Part shown: positions 61,298-64,000 of the stretch, one piece after another
Layout of the letters: every line of letters starts with the position of its first letter
Numbering within the stretch: the stretch's first letter is position 1
Assembly: GCA_040767965.1 (NCBI GenBank)
Contig: JAXGNR010000004.1
Span: 32,001-96,000, forward strand
Reading direction: 5' to 3'
DNA: 64,000 nucleotides
From: Atribacterota bacterium
GTDB lineage: Bacteria; Atribacterota; Phoenicimicrobiia; Phoenicimicrobiales; Stramentimicrobiaceae
Notes under the pieces: generated by a model
Seen by the model: the letters and a program-made list of their open reading frames with translations, nothing else
Databases searched by the model: none
Told to the model about the DNA's origin: nothing
Translations under genes and position numbers: made by a program

Positions 61298-63972
61298 GCG
61301 TTTTTCTCCTTTTCAATTTTTTTATAGATAAGAGGTAATATATTTAGCAAAACAGATCTGGAATGCTCGACATAGTCGAAAGCTCCTATTTTAATCATAT
61401 TTTCCACAACAGTTTTTGATATTCTAAGAGAGTTTGTTTTGATACAAAAATCATAAAGAGAGGAAAATCTCCCTTTTTCATTTCTAATCTTTAAAATAGA
61501 CTCAGCCTGCTTTATACCCATTTCTTTAACTTTAAAAAGACCTATTCTGATAGACCGATCTTCCACCGAAAACCCCAACTGGCTTTTATTGATATCGGGC
61601 AGCAAAACAGGTACCCGAAAACGACGTGCCTCCTGCAAATAGCGATCATTATCATAGTAGCCCATCCCGTAAGTAAGCAGCGCAGCTAGATAATGTGCCG
61701 GGAAATGTACTTTCAGATAGCATGTTAAGTAAGAAAGTAAAGCATAAGAAGTGCTATGTGCTTTATTGAATCCATAATAAGCAAATTTGGCAATCAGATT
61801 AAAAATTTCTTCAGCTTCTTTTTTATTAAAGCCTTGTTGAGAAGCCTTATGGAGAAAAATGGATCGTTGCTCTTCCATGATGATTGGAGATCTGGAGCTC
61901 ATGGCTCGCCTAAAAAGATCAGCTTCTCCGGGATTTAGACCAGCGAAAGAAGAGACGGTTTGAATGACTTGCTCCTGATAAAGAATAACCCCATAGGTGT
62001 CTTTAAGTATTGCCTTTAATCTGGAATGTGGGTAGACAATACTTGCACGCCCCTGTTTTCTTTCTAAGTACTGTTTAGTCATTCCGCTATCCAAAGGACC
62101 TGGTCGGTAAAGTGAAAGAGCAGCAATCAAATCTTCCACACAGGAAGGGGAGAGCTGTTTTAGTAAAGAAGCCATACCTGAACTTTCAAGTTGGAAAATA
62201 CCCAGGGTTTTCCCTTTTTTCAAAGCATAAAAAGTTGACGGGTCATTAAAGGGTATTTTTTTTATATCTATCTTTATATTTTTACTGACAAGACTTTGTA
62301 ATGTTTTTTGTATTACTGTCAGACTTCTGGAGCCCAGAATATCAATTTTTAGCAAACCCATATCTTTAATGCCTTCTTTTTCATACTGACTGATAATTTC
62401 TCCCTCTGGACTTAATTCCAAAGGTACAAAATTAACCAGTGGCTGATTTGAAATTATTATGGCCGAGGCATGAATTGCGAGATGACGAGGTTTGCCTTCC
62501 AGAAATTGAGCATAAGAAAACAAAGATCGCAATGGCTCTTTTTGAGAAGGGAGTTTTTTTAGTTCAGGCAAATGTCGTAATGATGATTTAATGACCCCTG
62601 GAGAAGAAAAATAAGGCATCATTTTAGCAATTTTATTTAATTCCTGATAAGGAAAACCCAGGACTCGACCTACATCTCTAACAGCAGAGCGTGCGGCATA
62701 GGTATTGACAGCGCAAACGTGGGTTACTTTTTGTTGTCCGAATTTTCGAAAGATATATTGAATAACTTTGCTTCTTCCTATTTGTCCAAAATCAATATCT
62801 ATATCCGGCAAATCAATTCTTTGCGGGTTTAGAAATCGTTCAAAAAAAAGTTTATATTTTAAAGGATCCACTTCAGTAATGTTGAGCAAAAAAGAAACCA
62901 GACTGCCGGCAGCAGAACCTTTACCTGGTCCTACAGGGATATTATTTTGTTTGGCATACTGGACTATGTCCCTGACAATTAGAAAATAACCGGGGAAACC
63001 CATTTGATTAATTACCTGTAATTCATATTTCATACGATAAAAAGCCTGGCTGGAAGGGTCAGGGTAGTATTTTCTTAATCCTTCAAGACATAATTTTTCC
63101 AGATATTCTGAGGCAGAATAAGAGTCAGGAGCATCATAGGAGGGTAATTTAATTTTTCCTAATTCCAAATTTACATTACAAATATCAGCAATTTTCTCTG
63201 TATTTTTAAACCCTTCAGATAAATAAGGAAAAATTTCTTTCATTTCCTGTTGAGATTTAAGGTAATATTGATTATTGGGTAATGCTTCATAGTGAAAGCG
63301 TTTCCTGGTCCCTTGCAGAGCAATATTGTTAACTATTTTTTGGAAAGGAGCTTGTTTTTTTTCCATATAATGCACATTGTTGGTAATTACAGCAGGAATA
63401 GATAATTTTTCTCCTAAATCTAATAGATATTTGCTAATATTTTTTTCTTGTTCCAGGCCATGCGCAGAAATTTCCAGATAGAAATTATCGGGACCCATTA
63501 TTTTTTTATACCGGGAAGCAGCTGATTCTGCTTTCTGATATTCTTTTCTAATAAGAAGTGTAGATATTTCTCCTTGTAGACAGCCAGACAAAGCTATTAA
63601 ACCTTCACAGTGATTTTCCAGATCTTCGATGTTAACAGCCGGTATGCTTTGAAAATTAGATAAATGAGCTTTTGTGATAAGCCGACATAAATTCTGATAA
63701 CCAATATTATTTTTAGCTAACAATATTAGATGCACCGGTTGAGAGGGTGTCAGTAGTTCACTTTTAATACGTATTTCACACCCTATAATAGGTTTTATGC
63801 CTGCAGCTAAAGATTTTTTATAAAATTCAATTATACCGTAAAGACCGTCATGATCAGTCAGGGCAATAGCTCTCATTTTTAATGAAGATACCTTGTTAAT
63901 AATCTGATCAATATTGTTTAACCCATCCTGAAAACTGTATTGAGAATGTGTATGTAAATGAACAAAACTCAT
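61282..63972 (-). CDS. dnaE: DNA polymerase III alpha subunit, accessory/error-prone (DnaE2-like) copy lacking its C-terminal OB domain
   Basis: PHP domain HLHTHSQYS..DG and TDH; GPGKGSAAGS, FERFLN, PDIDIDF, KIDILG, FQLES, YQEQ and YGFNKAHS. Co-oriented with dinB. Confidence 0.92.
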   Translation of the reverse strand: MSFVHLHTHSQYSFQDGLNNIDQIINKVSSLKMRAIALTDHDGLYGIIEFYKKSLAAGIKPIIGCEIRIKSELLTPSQPVHLILLAKNNIGYQNLCRLITKAHLSNFQSIPAVNIEDLENHCEGLIALSGCLQGEISTLLIRKEYQKAESAASRYKKIMGPDNFYLEISAHGLEQEKNISKYLLDLGEKLSIPAVITNNVHYMEKKQAPFQKIVNNIALQGTRKRFHYEALPNNQYYLKSQQEMKEIFPYLSEGFKNTEKIADICNVNLELGKIKLPSYDAPDSYSASEYLEKLCLEGLRKYYPDPSSQAFYRMKYELQVINQMGFPGYFLIVRDIVQYAKQNNIPVGPGKGSAAGSLVSFLLNITEVDPLKYKLFFERFLNPQRIDLPDIDIDFGQIGRSKVIQYIFRKFGQQKVTHVCAVNTYAARSAVRDVGRVLGFPYQELNKIAKMMPYFSSPGVIKSSLRHLPELKKLPSQKEPLRSLFSYAQFLEGKPRHLAIHASAIIISNQPLVNFVPLELSPEGEIISQYEKEGIKDMGLLKIDILGSRSLTVIQKTLQSLVSKNIKIDIKKIPFNDPSTFYALKKGKTLGIFQLESSGMASLLKQLSPSCVEDLIAALSLYRPGPLDSGMTKQYLERKQGRASIVYPHSRLKAILKDTYGVILYQEQVIQTVSSFAGLNPGEADLFRRAMSSRSPIIMEEQRSIFLHKASQQGFNKKEAEEIFNLIAKFAYYGFNKAHSTSYALLSYLTCYLKVHFPAHYLAALLTYGMGYYDNDRYLQEARRFRVPVLLPDINKSQLGFSVEDRSIRIGLFKVKEMGIKQAESILKIRNEKGRFSSLYDFCIKTNSLRISKTVVENMIKIGAFDYVEHSRSVLLNILPLIYKKIEKEKNACQHF

Positions 63973-64000
63973 TTCTTTCCCTTCTTTCATTATAAACATA

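Noticed and set aside
1-64000. Genome-wide TAG recoding
   Set aside because: TAG ends btuC, btuF, cobO, the nitroreductase, Ldh_2 paralog 2, clpB and ftsZ at their expected C-termini.
1-64000. CRISPR arrays, tRNA/rRNA genes, prophage or defence islands
   Set aside because: No spaced repeats, cloverleaf motifs, phage genes or defence genes were recognised by eye. A covariance-model scan was not possible.

Overview
AT-rich chromosomal window (about 30% GC by eye) from an anaerobic bacterium. My unverified guess is Atribacterota/JS1-like. It is mostly housekeeping. Contents in order: a cobalamin riboswitch-controlled btuFCD operon with divergent cobO; an Rrf2-nifU-rubrerythrin unit with a clear operator; tandem Ldh_2 dehydrogenases behind an AEC transporter; NatAB; a B12-dependent class II ribonucleotide reductase; typA, argF, pyrR and tkt; a lysine riboswitch-controlled lysA-dapF-dapL-lysC-dapA-dapB operon; clpB; a LonC-type protease; a membrane-anchored coiled-coil LysM protein; xth; and a split dnaE plus dinB mutagenesis-type cassette. 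I saw no rRNA, tRNA, CRISPR array or intact mobile element. The standout is 55805-58660. A Soj/ParA ATPase is followed, in the slot and junction layout normally used by parB, by a divergent FtsZ whose N-terminus carries a ParB-like ParA-activating peptide ([13 protein letters not shown]). Next comes an open but catalytically dead transposase-derived ORF. Together these are a candidate direct ParA-FtsZ positioning or segregation system. Clustered indels at 34230-35870 and one at about 22511 look like consensus errors, so single-base oddities in this window need read-level checks.
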